A stretch of DNA of 64,000 nt from Xanthomonas sp. (GTDB taxonomy: Bacteria; Pseudomonadota; Gammaproteobacteria; Xanthomonadales; SZUA-5), in the NCBI GenBank assembly GCA_020693165.1, contig JAIMJQ010000001.1, positions 142-64,141 on the forward strand, in the 5' to 3' direction. The first letter of the stretch is position 1; each line of letters starts with the position of its first letter. Both the position numbers and the translations under genes were made by a program. The notes beneath the pieces are model-generated. The model ran no database searches. It was not told the origin of the DNA and saw only the letters and a list, made by a program, of their open reading frames with translations. Positions 8,282 to 18,111 of this stretch are shown here, piece by piece.

Positions 8282-8502
8282 CCGTTCTGCTCCAGCGCCT
8301 TCAGCCGGGTGATCATCGCCTCGACGCGCGAGCGGGCGTGCTCGTTCTTCGCCAGCAGCGCGGCGCGTTCCTGCGACAGCTGCTCATGCGCCAGACGCAG
8401 CGAGAGGTTCTCCTGATGCAGGCGCGCGTTGGTACTGAGCAGGCGATCGAGCTTGTCCGCCAGCGACTTGAGTTCGCCTTCCACTGCCAAGTGTTCCGCC
8501 AT
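8278..8502 (-). CDS. Small coiled-coil protein (ZapB-like / TIGR02449-like) upstream of zapA
   Basis: 74 aa with heptad-rich sequence (LKSLADKLDRLLSTNARLHQENLSLRLAHEQL...). It is translationally coupled to zapA. Confidence 0.7.
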   Translation of the reverse strand: MAEHLAVEGELKSLADKLDRLLSTNARLHQENLSLRLAHEQLSQERAALLAKNEHARSRVEAMITRLKALEQNG

Positions 8503-8574
8503 CGGTTGCCGGGCCCGTCACGCGATCATGGACGAAGTCTATACCATGCGCTGGATCGGCTGCGTGGCGGTTGG

Positions 8575-8983
8575 GTTGCTCGTGTAGTGCGGCATATGGA
8601 ACTGCCATTGGTCCCGCGCCTTTTGACCCGAATGCGTCGCAATCAACCGAACGTATCCGCGGCGTCTTTGCGCGCCCGGCGGCGTTGCTCCTCCTTGCCA
8701 TGGCGCTGCCAGGTCCCGTCGTCGCGCCTTGCCAGTCGCGCAAATCCACTCGCGGATCATGTCCGCCGATTGCGGAGCACCACACTAGCCATCGGCGCAA
8801 ACACCGAGTCAGGGCCGCGAAGCGAAAAGATGCTCACGACAGACTGCAATCACGGCGATGCTGTCGAAAGCCGGCTGTGGCTTGACCAAGCGTGCATCTT
8901 TTCGCGCCGGTGTTAGAAATGCGGGCTGGCCTCGGGCCAAAATGCATCGGAAATAAAAGTCAGTTACTTAAGCCGCACTACAA
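8575..8983. mobile_element. MITE-like non-autonomous element, long copy, with 11-bp terminal inverted repeats TGTAGTGCGGC / GCCGCACTACA
   Basis: TIRs lie at 8583-8593 and 8972-8982. Both ends are shared with the 394-562 copy, which lacks ~250 bp of the interior. No credible ORF lies inside; all track ORFs here overlap one another in several frames. Confidence 0.65.
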
Positions 8984-9062
8984 TAGGGGCGTTGCCGGGA
9001 GGCTTTTCGCGAGGCTCGGCAGAAGGGTTCGAGCAAGATTCGAACCCAACCAACGCGTGACT

Positions 9063-10442
9063 TTACCGCCACAACACCGATTTTACCGCCGGGCGTTCGG
9101 CCTCGATGCGGATGAACCACAGCATCGTTGCGGCGATCAGCTTCACGCCGACCGGCAGCGCGACGTAAACGATGACCAGCGCGGCGGTGTTGTAACCGCC
9201 GTTGCCCGGGTTGAATCCGAGCAGATCAAGGATCGGCAGCGAGGCGGCGGCGCCGATCGCGGTCGCCAGCTTGGTGCACAGTGCCCACAGACCGAAGTAG
9301 GCGCCGGTGGCGCCGCGCGAATCCTTGCCTTCCTCGGCGTTGATGACGTCGGCCAGGATCGCCGGCGGCAGGCCGTAGTCGGCACCGATGCCGAGCCCGG
9401 TGATCACCGAGATGGCGATGAACAGGCCGATGTCGCCCTTGCCGAGGAACGCCGCCGATGCCATCGCCACTGCCGTCAGCACGATGCCGACGAACCACGC
9501 AGAGGCTTTGCTCAACCGGCGCGACAGGAACATCCACAGCGGCACGCTGGCGGCGCCAGAGACGAAGTACGCGAGCAGGATCACGCCGGCCTGGAACTTG
9601 TTGCCGCCGAGCACGTGCTCGACGTAGAACAACATCACGCTGACGGCGATGCCGAGCGCCGATCCGTTGACGACGAACACCGCCAGCAGGCGGCGATACA
9701 GCGGATTCTTCAGCGGTGACAGGAAGTTGCCGAGGATGGTCGAGCCCGGCTTGCGCACCACCGGGCCGTGCACCGAGGGTGGCGAGTACAGCAACGTCGG
9801 CAGCGCTGCCAGGATGGCCACCGGCAGGTACATGATCCCCAGCCACTGGTAGCCCGCGGCCTCACCGAAGCGCGCGGTCAGAAAGGTCGGCAGCACCACC
9901 GCGAGCATCATGCCGGTGAGACCGAAGACCTCGCGACCCACGGTGACGCGGGTGCGTTCGTTGTAGTCGTCGCTGAGCTCGGCGCCGAGCGCGTGATAGC
10001 TGATCGAGACGCCCGCGTAGCCCAGGTGTACCAGCACCAGCGACACGAACAGCCAGATGCTGAGGGCGGTCGCGTTCGGATGGGAGCCGTCCGTCCCGGG
10101 GTGGAACATCGCTGGCGGGTCGAACAGCATGAAGAAGCCGATGATCATCAACGGCAGCATCGACGCCACCAGCATCAGTCGACCGTTCTTGCGGTGGGTC
10201 AGGCGATCGCTGAGATAGCCGAGGATCGGATCCTGCACAGCGTCGATGATGCGCGACACGATCAGTATCGGACCGATCAGCGCCAGCGACAGCTTCAGCA
10301 CCTCGCCGTAATAGTGGGCGACGTTGAGCACCACGGGCAGCGCCGCCATGGCCAGCGGCAGTTGCAGCGAGGAATACGCCGCAAGCCGGCCGAACCCGAT
10401 ATGGACTCGGGTGTTGCCATCGACCGGTGTCGGTGAACTCAA
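9063..10442 (-). CDS. MFS transporter, glycoside-pentoside-hexuronide (GPH):cation symporter-like
   Basis: 459 aa with ~12 TM segments and the GPH signature IIDAVQDPILGYLSDR. The start codon at 10442 is TTG, so the start is uncertain. Confidence 0.85.
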   Translation of the reverse strand: MSSPTPVDGNTRVHIGFGRLAAYSSLQLPLAMAALPVVLNVAHYYGEVLKLSLALIGPILIVSRIIDAVQDPILGYLSDRLTHRKNGRLMLVASMLPLMIIGFFMLFDPPAMFHPGTDGSHPNATALSIWLFVSLVLVHLGYAGVSISYHALGAELSDDYNERTRVTVGREVFGLTGMMLAVVLPTFLTARFGEAAGYQWLGIMYLPVAILAALPTLLYSPPSVHGPVVRKPGSTILGNFLSPLKNPLYRRLLAVFVVNGSALGIAVSVMLFYVEHVLGGNKFQAGVILLAYFVSGAASVPLWMFLSRRLSKASAWFVGIVLTAVAMASAAFLGKGDIGLFIAISVITGLGIGADYGLPPAILADVINAEEGKDSRGATGAYFGLWALCTKLATAIGAAASLPILDLLGFNPGNGGYNTAALVIVYVALPVGVKLIAATMLWFIRIEAERPAVKSVLWR

Positions 10443-10589
10443 GTGCGCTCCAACATGTCGTCAATTTCGAATCCCGATCATCGTGCAGGCCCTGCTGGAT
10501 GGCGACACGGACATCGGTTCAGGGGGGCGAGGATACTCAGGTTGTTGGTGTGCGCAGCGTGTCGAATGATGGCGTCGGCGCCGATTTGT

Positions 10590-12173
10590 TCAGTGCCGGA
10601 AATGGCGCACGCCGGTGAACACCATGGTCATGCCGTGTTCGTCGGCGGCGTCGATCACTTCCTTGTCGCGCATGGAGCCGCCTGGCTGGACCACCGCGCG
10701 GATGCCGGCTTTTGCCGCGGCGTCGATGCCATCGCGGAACGGGAAGAAGGCGTCCGACGCCATCACCGACCCGGGCACCGTGAGGTTGGCCTGGCGGGCC
10801 TTCCAGCCGGCGATCTCGGCGCTGACCACGCGGCTCATCTGTCCGGCGCCGATGCCGATCGAACGCCCGTCGCGGGCATAGACGATGGCGTTGGACTTGA
10901 CGTACATCGCCAGCTTCCACGCGAACATCAGGTCAGCGAATTCCTGCGCTGACGGTGTGCGCTGGGTGACCACGCGCAGGTCCTGAGCGTGCAGGGAATC
11001 GCGGTCGACATCCTGCACCAGCAATCCACCGGTGATGCGCTTGATGTCGCGGGCGAGCGGCAGCGCCAGCGATGACGGCAGCGGGCCGGTCTCCAGCACG
11101 CGCACATTCGGCTTGCTGGCGAACGCGGCGAGCGCCATGTCGTGGTAGCTCGGCGCGATCACCACTTCGACAAACTGACGTTCGACGATGATCCGCGCGG
11201 TATCGCCGTCGAGCGGCTGGTTGAAGGCGATGATGCCGCCGAAGGCCGACACCGGATCGGTAGCGTAGGCGCGCTCATAGGCCTCCATCAGCGTCGTCGA
11301 CACCGCCACCCCGCAGGGATTGGCGTGCTTGACGATCACGCACGCCGGCTCGTCGAACTGCTTGACGCATTCGAGCGCCGCGTCGGCGTCGGCCAGATTG
11401 TTGAACGACAGCGTCTTGCCCTGCAGGATTTTTGCCGCAGCCACGCTGCCGCCGGGAAGCGGGTCTTCGAGGTACACCGCTGCTCCCTGGTGCGGATTCT
11501 CCCCATAGCGCAGGGTCTCGCCGCGCCGCAGCGACAGATGCAGCGTCGGCGCGAACGCCTGCGGCGTCTCGGGGTCGGAACTGCGCGCGCCGAGATACTC
11601 GGCGACCTGCCCGTCGTAGCGGGCAGTGTGCGCGTAGGTTGCCGCCGCCAGGCGCCGGCGCTGCTCCGCACTGGTGCCGCCGGCCTTCAGCGCTGCGGCG
11701 ATCTCCGCGTAGTCGGCGGGGTCGACAATGACCGCGACCCGCTCATGGTTCTTGGCGGCGGCACGCAGCATCGCCGGCCCGCCGATGTCGATGTTTTCGA
11801 CCGCGTCCTCATACGCGCAATCCGGTTTGGCGATGGTCGCAGCGAACGGATACAGATTGACGACCACCAGGTCGATCGGCGCAATGTCGTGGTCGCGCAT
11901 GACCTGGTCGTCGATGCCCAGGCGACCGAGCAGGCCGCCGTGGATCTTCGGGTGCAGCGTCTTCACGCGGCCGTCCATGATTTCCGGGAAGCCGGTGATG
12001 TGACTGACATCGGTCACGGCGAGCCCGGCATCGCGCAGCGCTCGGGCGGTGCCACCGGTCGACCACAGTTCGACGCCGTGCGCGGCGAGTTCGCTGGCGA
12101 GATCGACCAGACCAGTCTTGTCGGACACGCTGAGCAGCGCGCGCCGGATGGGTTGGCGGGAATCGTTAGTCAT
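10590..12173 (-). CDS. purH: Bifunctional IMP cyclohydrolase / AICAR transformylase
   Basis: [22 protein letters not shown]...[12 protein letters not shown]...[10 protein letters not shown]. The internal ATG at 12173 was chosen. The 101-aa track extension is Arg-rich and overlaps fis. Confidence 0.95.
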   Translation of the reverse strand: MTNDSRQPIRRALLSVSDKTGLVDLASELAAHGVELWSTGGTARALRDAGLAVTDVSHITGFPEIMDGRVKTLHPKIHGGLLGRLGIDDQVMRDHDIAPIDLVVVNLYPFAATIAKPDCAYEDAVENIDIGGPAMLRAAAKNHERVAVIVDPADYAEIAAALKAGGTSAEQRRRLAAATYAHTARYDGQVAEYLGARSSDPETPQAFAPTLHLSLRRGETLRYGENPHQGAAVYLEDPLPGGSVAAAKILQGKTLSFNNLADADAALECVKQFDEPACVIVKHANPCGVAVSTTLMEAYERAYATDPVSAFGGIIAFNQPLDGDTARIIVERQFVEVVIAPSYHDMALAAFASKPNVRVLETGPLPSSLALPLARDIKRITGGLLVQDVDRDSLHAQDLRVVTQRTPSAQEFADLMFAWKLAMYVKSNAIVYARDGRSIGIGAGQMSRVVSAEIAGWKARQANLTVPGSVMASDAFFPFRDGIDAAAKAGIRAVVQPGGSMRDKEVIDAADEHGMTMVFTGVRHFRH

Positions 12174-12382
12174 GGATGGCTCGATGGGGCAGGGGGCGTC
12201 ATCGGGGCGGCGATGCTGCGGCAAGCGTGGCTTCCGGCGCAAGCTGGCGTCGCCATGTTGGGGGGTGTTGCCAGAGCGAGATCGCTGTGTCGCGACCGTC
12301 CGCTGCGCGGTGGACCAGCGGTCGCGACGCAGCCATCTCGCTCCGGCAACTGCCGCGTCGTCAGTGGGTGTTCGACGAACCG

Positions 12383-12661
12383 CTAATGCGCGATGCCGAG
12401 CTCGTCGAGCTTCTTGCGCAGCGTCGCCCGATTCATGCCGAGCAGATCGGCGGTGCGCGTCATGTTGCCGCCGCAATGGCGCAAGGCCTCTTCCAGCACA
12501 GGCCGTTCGACCTGACGCAGCATCAGGTTGTAAAGGTCGGTGCAGTGCGCACCATTGAGATCGTGCAGATAGCGGCGTACCACACGAGTTGCGGCATCAC
12601 GCAAGGTTGATTCGCTGCGCATCGGTTCCGGGCTGCGATCCTGCGAGACTGCGACGGTCAT
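12383..12661 (-). CDS. fis: Fis family DNA-binding protein
   Basis: C-terminal [30 protein letters not shown], located upstream of purH. The start is ambiguous (TTG 12688, ATG 12670, ATG 12661); 12661 has AAGGA 8 nt upstream. Confidence 0.85.
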   Translation of the reverse strand: MTVAVSQDRSPEPMRSESTLRDAATRVVRRYLHDLNGAHCTDLYNLMLRQVERPVLEEALRHCGGNMTRTADLLGMNRATLRKKLDELGIAH

Positions 12662-12846
12662 ACCAGTCATCCTTGCCACCAAAGACAAAGCTGCTAGCGC
12701 CGCGCGAGCGCAGCGTCAGGAGCAGTGATGGGAAAAGCGGGAAGCCAGCATAACCCCAACGCAGCCACGCCCGTCAATCGTTTTCACAAACTTCCGACGA
12801 AACGTGGTGCCAGTTCGCAAAAGCCGAGGACCTACGCTTGCCGGCT

Positions 12847-12915
12847 CTGGTAGAGCCGAGCTTGCTCGGCGGGAGTGTGCGACAGGCAGCGGAGCAGGCT
12901 CCGCGCTACAGAAGG
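12847..12915. repeat. GTAG-type REP-like hairpin pair (family B)
   Basis: ctgGTAGaGCCGAGCTTGCTCGGCggg and ggcaGCGGAGCAGGCTCCGCgCTACagaa lie between clp and fis. Confidence 0.75.
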
Positions 12916-12932
12916 CCGCGGCGTGAACGCGC

Positions 12933-13655
12933 TCAGCGCGATTGGAAGATGACGATGGTCTTGCCCGAGACTGCAATCTTGCCGTCGACCTCGAGCTGCT
13001 TGAGCACGCGGCCGACCATCTCGCGCGAGCAACCGACGATGCGGCTGATCTCCTGCCTGGAGATGCGGATCTGCGTGCCTTGCGGATGGCTCATCGCATC
13101 CGGTTCCTCGCATAGATCGACCAGGGTCCGCGCGACGCGGCTGGTGACGTCCATGAACGCCAGCCGCGACACCTTGCGGCTGGTCTGCAGCACGCGCTTG
13201 GTCAGTTGCGAAGCGATCGAGAACAGGATGCGCGGACATTCTTCCTTGAGCGGTCCCTCGAACAACTGGAACAGCCGCTCATAGCTGATTTCGGCGAGTT
13301 CGCACGGCGTGCGCGAGCGCACCAGCACTTCGCGCTTCTCCGGTTCCATGAACAGGCCCATCTCGCCGATGTAGTCACCCTCGTTGACGTAGGCCAGGAT
13401 CAGCTCGCGGCCCTCGTCATCCTCGCTCATCACCGCGAGCGAGCCCTCGATGATGTAGTAGAGCGTGTTGGCCATGTCGCCCGGACGGATGATCGGCGAC
13501 TTCGACGGATAGCGGCGACGGTGGCACATCGACAGGAAGCGTTCGATGTGGTGCGGCTCCGGCGCCAGCGGCCGCGCTGCGGCGAGCTTGCGCAGGCTGG
13601 CCTGCAGCGTGTACCGCAACAGCGATTTTTCCGGCTTGGCAATCGAGCTGGCCAT
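12933..13655 (-). CDS. clp: CRP/FNR family global regulator, Clp (CAP-like protein) type
   Basis: 240 aa, collinear with Xanthomonas Clp as I remember it (IERFL..CHRRRYP...RPGD...TLYYIIEGS..., HTH RISRQEISRIVGCSREMVGRVLKQLE). Confidence 0.9.
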   Translation of the reverse strand: MASSIAKPEKSLLRYTLQASLRKLAAARPLAPEPHHIERFLSMCHRRRYPSKSPIIRPGDMANTLYYIIEGSLAVMSEDDEGRELILAYVNEGDYIGEMGLFMEPEKREVLVRSRTPCELAEISYERLFQLFEGPLKEECPRILFSIASQLTKRVLQTSRKVSRLAFMDVTSRVARTLVDLCEEPDAMSHPQGTQIRISRQEISRIVGCSREMVGRVLKQLEVDGKIAVSGKTIVIFQSR

Positions 13656-13796
13656 CGCGTTCCCCGGAGCAAGTAGTGAGCCTCGGACTTATAGCATGCG
13701 GTGGCCGCCGGCTTCTCGACGAGTACGCCCCATGCCTGTCTGCCGCCGCCGCGCGTCTGCCCAAGCGCGGCTGAATCGTGTCATCAAAGCAGGGTG

Positions 13797-13824
13797 TTGC
13801 TGTCGTAAACTTATGCCCCATAAT
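13797..13824 (+). promoter_or_regulatory. Candidate sigma70 promoter for speD
   Basis: TTGCTG (13797-13802), a 16-nt spacer, then CATAAT (13819-13824), 73 nt upstream of the speD ATG. Sequence pattern only. Confidence 0.3.
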
Positions 13825-13896
13825 CCGCGCCCCGCGTAAACGGCCCCGAGAGTCCCTCGGCCCACGCGATCCTTTCAACTCGCTGGGAGACCACCC

Positions 13897-14724
13897 ATGG
13901 TCAGGCCGATTCCGCGCCTCAAGCTGCAGGGCTTCAACAACCTCACCAAGGCGTTGAGCTTCAACATCTACGACGTCTGTTACGCAGTCACCGAGGAGCA
14001 GCGCAACCGCTACATCGAGTACATCGATGAGGCCTACAACGCCGAGCGCCTGACCGAGATCCTGACCGAGGTTGCCGACATCATCGGCGCCAACATCCTG
14101 AACGTCGCCCGCCAGGACTACGACCCGCAGGGCGCCAGCGTCACCATCCTGATCTCCGAACAGCCGGTGATCGATCGCGCCGACGTCGGCCGCGAGATGC
14201 TCAAGGACGCGATGCTCGAGCAGCACGAGGAACCGACCGAGGCCAGCGTGGTGGCGCACCTGGACAAGAGCCACATCACCGTTCACACCTACCCGGAAAG
14301 CCACCCGTTCAACGGCATCAGCACTTTCCGCGCTGATATCGACGTTGCCACCTGCGGCGTGATCTCCCCGCTGAAGGCGTTGAACTACCTGATCGACAGC
14401 TTCGAGTCGGACATCGTGATCATGGATTACCGCGTGCGTGGCGCCACCCGCGACGTGCGCGGCACCAAGCACTACATCGACCACAAGATCAACTCGATCC
14501 AGGACTTCCTGTCCAAGCCGATCAAGAACCGCTACGAGATGTTCGACGTCAACGTCTACCAGGAGAACATCTTCCACACCAAGATGCATATCAAGGAGTT
14601 CGACCTCGATACCTACCTGTTCGAGGCGACCAAGAACGAACTGTCGTTCAAGGACCGTGGCCGCATCGAGGCCCAGGTGCGCCGCGAGATCGGCGAGCTG
14701 TTCCACGGGCGCAATCTGGACTGA
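13897..14724 (+). CDS. speD: S-adenosylmethionine decarboxylase proenzyme
   Basis: 275 aa, [11 protein letters not shown] and the self-cleavage region [14 protein letters not shown]; GGGAGA RBS. Confidence 0.95.
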   Translation: MVRPIPRLKLQGFNNLTKALSFNIYDVCYAVTEEQRNRYIEYIDEAYNAERLTEILTEVADIIGANILNVARQDYDPQGASVTILISEQPVIDRADVGREMLKDAMLEQHEEPTEASVVAHLDKSHITVHTYPESHPFNGISTFRADIDVATCGVISPLKALNYLIDSFESDIVIMDYRVRGATRDVRGTKHYIDHKINSIQDFLSKPIKNRYEMFDVNVYQENIFHTKMHIKEFDLDTYLFEATKNELSFKDRGRIEAQVRREIGELFHGRNLD

Positions 14725-14741
14725 CGCATTCGCTTGATGCC

Positions 14742-14810
14742 CTTGTGGGTCCAGACTTGTCTGGACGCTTCATGCGCTTGTGGGTACAGACAAGTCTGGA
14801 CCCACGAAAG
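14742..14810. repeat. Family A GTCCAGAC-hairpin repeat, two units
   Basis: cttgtgggtccagacttgtctggacgct followed by cttgtgggtacagacaagtctggacccacgaaa, between the convergent speD and coq7. Confidence 0.85.
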
Positions 14811-14834
14811 CCGGTTACCGCTGGGGCTGTCCCC

Positions 14835-15494
14835 CTACACCCGATACGCCACGGCTCTCAACGCGTCCGCCGCCACCTGCATCAACTGCGGCAACGGCCA
14901 TGGCAGCGCCATCGCACCGCGCGCCTGCGCGTCGGCGCCATGCGCCACTTCGTCGGACTTCATCTGCTCCAGCACCGCCCGCGTGCGCTCGTCGCCGTCG
15001 GGCAGGCGTGTCAGGTGATCGCCGAGGTGGCTCTCGACCTGGCGCTCGGTCTCGACCACGAATCCGAGGCTCAGGCGATCGCCGATCAGCCCGGCAGCTG
15101 CGCCAATGCTGAACGCGCCGGCATACCAGAACGGATTGAGCACGCTCGGCCGGCTGCCGAGTTCGTGCAGTCGCGCCTCGCACCAGGCCAGGTGATCGCC
15201 CTCCTCGCGCGCCGCGTGGGTCAGGTGCGCGCGCACCCCGGGATCGCGCGCCACCGCCGCCTGGCCGTAATAGAGTGCCTGCGCGCAGACTTCGCCAGCG
15301 TGGTTGATGCGCATCAGCCCGGCAACATGGCGGCGCTCGGTGTCATCGAGATCGATGCGCGGATGCGCAGCGCCTGGGCTCGGGCGATCCGGCGCTTCGG
15401 CCGGCGCAAATACCGTGCGCAGCGCGCGGTCGGCTTCGGCGAGCAGGCGATCGAGGCTGGAGGGTTCGCGCAATGGAAGGGCAGGGTCGGTCAT
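14835..15494 (-). CDS. coq7: Demethoxyubiquinone hydroxylase (2-nonaprenyl-3-methyl-6-methoxy-1,4-benzoquinol hydroxylase)
   Basis: 219 aa with di-iron carboxylate motifs ([38 protein letters not shown]). ATGA overlap with the upstream gene. Confidence 0.9.
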   Translation of the reverse strand: MTDPALPLREPSSLDRLLAEADRALRTVFAPAEAPDRPSPGAAHPRIDLDDTERRHVAGLMRINHAGEVCAQALYYGQAAVARDPGVRAHLTHAAREEGDHLAWCEARLHELGSRPSVLNPFWYAGAFSIGAAAGLIGDRLSLGFVVETERQVESHLGDHLTRLPDGDERTRAVLEQMKSDEVAHGADAQARGAMALPWPLPQLMQVAADALRAVAYRV

Positions 15495-16654
15495 CGGTCG
15501 TCGGCTGGCAAGCGGTCAGCCAAGAATGCCACCGGGTGGCGCACCGGCAGCGTGATCCCGCGCAACACGAGGCGTTCCTGCAGATGCAGCGCGCACCCGA
15601 CATTGGTGGTGGCGATGGCATCGATGTTCATGCCGGAGATGGCGTCGACGATCGGTTGTGCCAGCGCATTGGCCTCGGCCGGATGCGCCAGCAGATGCGG
15701 ACCGGCGGCGCCGCAGCAGCCGAGGCCGGTGGTGATCCCGATCACATCGACTCCCGGCAGCAGCGCCAACATCTGGCGGGCGGCATCGGCGTCGCCGACC
15801 GTGTGTCGATGACTGCACGGCGCGAACAGGCCGATGCGCGCTGGCAGAGCGCGCAATCGGTCGGACCAGAACGCCTTTCGATCCAGCAGCCAGCGACAGC
15901 CCTCGATGATGCGGACCGAATCGGCTGCCGCCCGCCGCAGCGCATCGATGCAGCCGCTGTCGAGTGCCACCACCTCGCGCGTTCCTGCGGCTGCCCATTG
16001 GGTGCGAAGGTCTTCGGCCAGCGCATCGGCATCGGCGCTGGCGCCGAGATGGCGGGCGATGGCGCCGCAGCAGGCCTGGGCCGGCAACGGTCGCAGATCG
16101 AGCCCGGTCGTTCGCGCCACGCGGAGCAACGCGTGCTGTGCCTCGCTGTCGAGGCTGCGCGCCACGCAACCGCTGAACATCACGACCTCCGCGGGCGCCT
16201 GCGGCCGGGCGGCGACTGCGCGCCCGGCGCGCAGCAACCAGCGAGCGCGCCGACCGAGTTGCCGCGTCGCCGGCGGAAAGATGCGCGCGACGCTGCCTGC
16301 CGCAGCCAGTGCAGCTGCGGCGATCCGGGGGTGTTGTGCCGCGCGCTCGCCGACGGTGGCCGGCGTTGCATTCGCCGCGTGGATGAGCGCTCGCGCTCCC
16401 TCGATGATCTCGCCATAACGCACTTGCGCCGGGCAGACGTGTTCGCAGGCGCGGCACTGCAGACAGGATTCAAGCGACTCGCGAATCGAGTCGTCGCTGG
16501 CTGCCGCGCCATCCAGCGTCTTCGTGAGCGCGATGCGCCCACGCGGCGAGAACTGCTCAAGACCGCGCAGCCGGAACGTCGGACAGTGCGGCAGGCACAG
16601 CCCGCACATCACGCATTCGTCCGCCAGTTCTCTTGGGTCCGCGTCAGCGTGCAT
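15491..16654 (-). CDS. (Fe-S)-binding protein, GlcF / heterodisulfide-reductase-like
   Basis: The internal ATG at 16654 gives [25 protein letters not shown]... plus a second cluster motif [12 protein letters not shown] and Cys-rich CCG-type repeats. The track's 146-aa extension covers a repeat and the rplM promoter region. Confidence 0.8.
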   Translation of the reverse strand: MHADADPRELADECVMCGLCLPHCPTFRLRGLEQFSPRGRIALTKTLDGAAASDDSIRESLESCLQCRACEHVCPAQVRYGEIIEGARALIHAANATPATVGERAAQHPRIAAAALAAAGSVARIFPPATRQLGRRARWLLRAGRAVAARPQAPAEVVMFSGCVARSLDSEAQHALLRVARTTGLDLRPLPAQACCGAIARHLGASADADALAEDLRTQWAAAGTREVVALDSGCIDALRRAAADSVRIIEGCRWLLDRKAFWSDRLRALPARIGLFAPCSHRHTVGDADAARQMLALLPGVDVIGITTGLGCCGAAGPHLLAHPAEANALAQPIVDAISGMNIDAIATTNVGCALHLQERLVLRGITLPVRHPVAFLADRLPADDR

Positions 16655-16740
16655 CCGCACTCTCGTTGAAGGAGCGACGTGCACGTCGCGACCGCTATCC
16701 GATGCTAACCAACTACAGGCCCGGCGGCTGCGACGCTGCT

Positions 16741-16820
16741 CTTTGTGGGTCCAGACTTGTCTGGACGCTGCTCGCTCCGGTGCAGGCAACAGCGTCCTGA
16801 CAACTGAGGTCCCACCACAC
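16741..16820. repeat. Family A repeat, one good unit plus a degenerate inverted partner
   Basis: ctttgtgggtccagacttgtctggacgctg (16741-16770), then cgtcctgacaactgaggtcccaccaca (16793-16819). Confidence 0.7.
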
Positions 16821-16970
16821 AGTCGGCGCCGCCAACTTCGCGTATGCTGCGCACCCCGCCCGAGCGTCGACTGAACGATCGGGTGCAACGCCGACGAAGG
16901 GGCTTGCGCGCTCTGCAAGTGCCATCTAAACTTGTCGGTCTTTGTAAGGCAAGGTCCAGGGAAGGTCCCC

Positions 16971-17402
16971 ATGATGACGGTAAGCGCGAAAGCAGAGACC
17001 GTAAAGCGCGATTGGTTTCTGGTGGACGCCACGGGCAAGACGCTCGGCCGGCTGTGCACGGAGCTTGCGTCGCGTCTGCGCGGCAAGCACAAGCCGATCT
17101 ATACCCCGCATTGCGACACCGGCGATTACCTCGTGGTAATCAACGCCGAGAAGATCAAGGTGACGGGCAACAAGCTCAATGACAAGCTGTACCACCGGGT
17201 CACCGGGTACATCGGCAACATCAAGACGACCCCGTTGAAGAACCTGATGGCGTCGCACCCGGAACGCGCGATCGAAATCGCCGTCAAGGGCATGCTGCCG
17301 AAGGGTCCGCTCGGTCGCGACATGTACCGCAAGCTCAAGGTTTACAGCGGATCGGTGCATCCGCATACGGCGCAGCAGCCCGCCGTTCTCGACATCGGAT
17401 AA
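16971..17402 (+). CDS. rplM: 50S ribosomal protein L13
   Basis: [21 protein letters not shown]...; GGAAGG RBS 5 nt before ATG 16971. Confidence 0.95.
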   Translation: MMTVSAKAETVKRDWFLVDATGKTLGRLCTELASRLRGKHKPIYTPHCDTGDYLVVINAEKIKVTGNKLNDKLYHRVTGYIGNIKTTPLKNLMASHPERAIEIAVKGMLPKGPLGRDMYRKLKVYSGSVHPHTAQQPAVLDIG

Positions 17403-17412
17403 GGATAGGGTC

Positions 17413-17805
17413 ATGGCGATTACGCAGTATTACGGCACCGGCCGTCGCAAGTCCTCCGCCGCACGCGTGTTCCTGCGTCCGGGCAAGGGCCAGATCACCG
17501 TCAACGACAAGACGCTAGACGCCTTCTTCGGTCGCGAAACCGCCCGTATGGTCGTCAAGCAGCCGCTGGAGCTGACCAAGCTCGGCGACCGTTTCGACGT
17601 GCTGGTCACGGTCGAAGGCGGCGGCATCACCGGCCAGTCCGGCGCCATCCGCCTCGGTCTCTCGCGCGCACTCGTCGAGTACGACGAGAACCTGAAGAGC
17701 GATTTGCGCAAAGCCGGCTTCCTGACCCGCGACGCCCGCGAAGTCGAACGCAAAAAGGTCGGCCTGCACAAAGCCCGCCGCGCCACCCAGTACAGCAAGC
17801 GCTGA
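17413..17805 (+). CDS. rpsI: 30S ribosomal protein S9
   Basis: 130 aa, [19 protein letters not shown]...[11 protein letters not shown]. Confidence 0.97.
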   Translation: MAITQYYGTGRRKSSAARVFLRPGKGQITVNDKTLDAFFGRETARMVVKQPLELTKLGDRFDVLVTVEGGGITGQSGAIRLGLSRALVEYDENLKSDLRKAGFLTRDAREVERKKVGLHKARRATQYSKR

Positions 17806-17838
17806 TCGTTGCCACGACGATTCGTGCTTTGGGAATAT

Positions 17839-17912
17839 TGGGAGATCGTCCAACGGTAGGACAACGGACTCTGACTCCGTTTATCTAGGTTCGAATCCTA
17901 GTCTCCCAGCCA
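17839..17912 (+). tRNA. tRNA-Gln (anticodon CTG)
   Basis: The cloverleaf was drawn by hand. Acceptor is TGGGAGA/TCTCCCA. Anticodon stem is ACGGA/TCCGT with loop CTCTGAC. T arm is CTAGG-TTCGAAT-CCTAG. The discriminator is G with an encoded CCA. It is collinear with E. coli tRNA-Gln as remembered. Confidence 0.9.
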
Positions 17913-17963
17913 CCAACAAAAAGGCCGCCCTTGGGCGGCTTTTTTGTTGGTGGCTGGGAGACT
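17900..17963 (+). terminator. Very long hairpin (31 bp) combining an intrinsic terminator with a reverse-complement copy of the tRNA-Gln 3' end
   Basis: 17900-17930 (agtctcccagccaccaacaaaaaggccgccc) pairs with 17933-17963 (gggcggcttttttgttggtggctgggagact), giving 30 Watson-Crick pairs plus one G-T. The core GCCGCCC..GGGCGGC followed by a T6 run looks like a rho-independent terminator. Confidence 0.75.
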
Positions 17964-18111
17964 GGGTGAGGCCCTGGACAGGTTCGATCAGGAGCACCAG
18001 TCCCGGAGAGCGCGTGCACGGCGCGCAGCCCGGAGTGGGGGGCAGGAAGACCTCTACCGTTCGCCTTGCAGGTTTGCTACGGTGCCCGGCCACGAATCGC
18101 GGAGTGCAGTC

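Noticed and set aside
8384-8916. Several 70-190-aa ORFs in both strands between the zapB-like gene and the MFS gene
   Set aside because: All lie inside the MITE-like element, overlap each other in different frames, and the same sequence ends recur non-coding at 394-562.
13417-14706. 429-aa minus-strand ORF
   Set aside because: It is antisense to speD (unambiguous) and overlaps the 5' end of clp out of frame.
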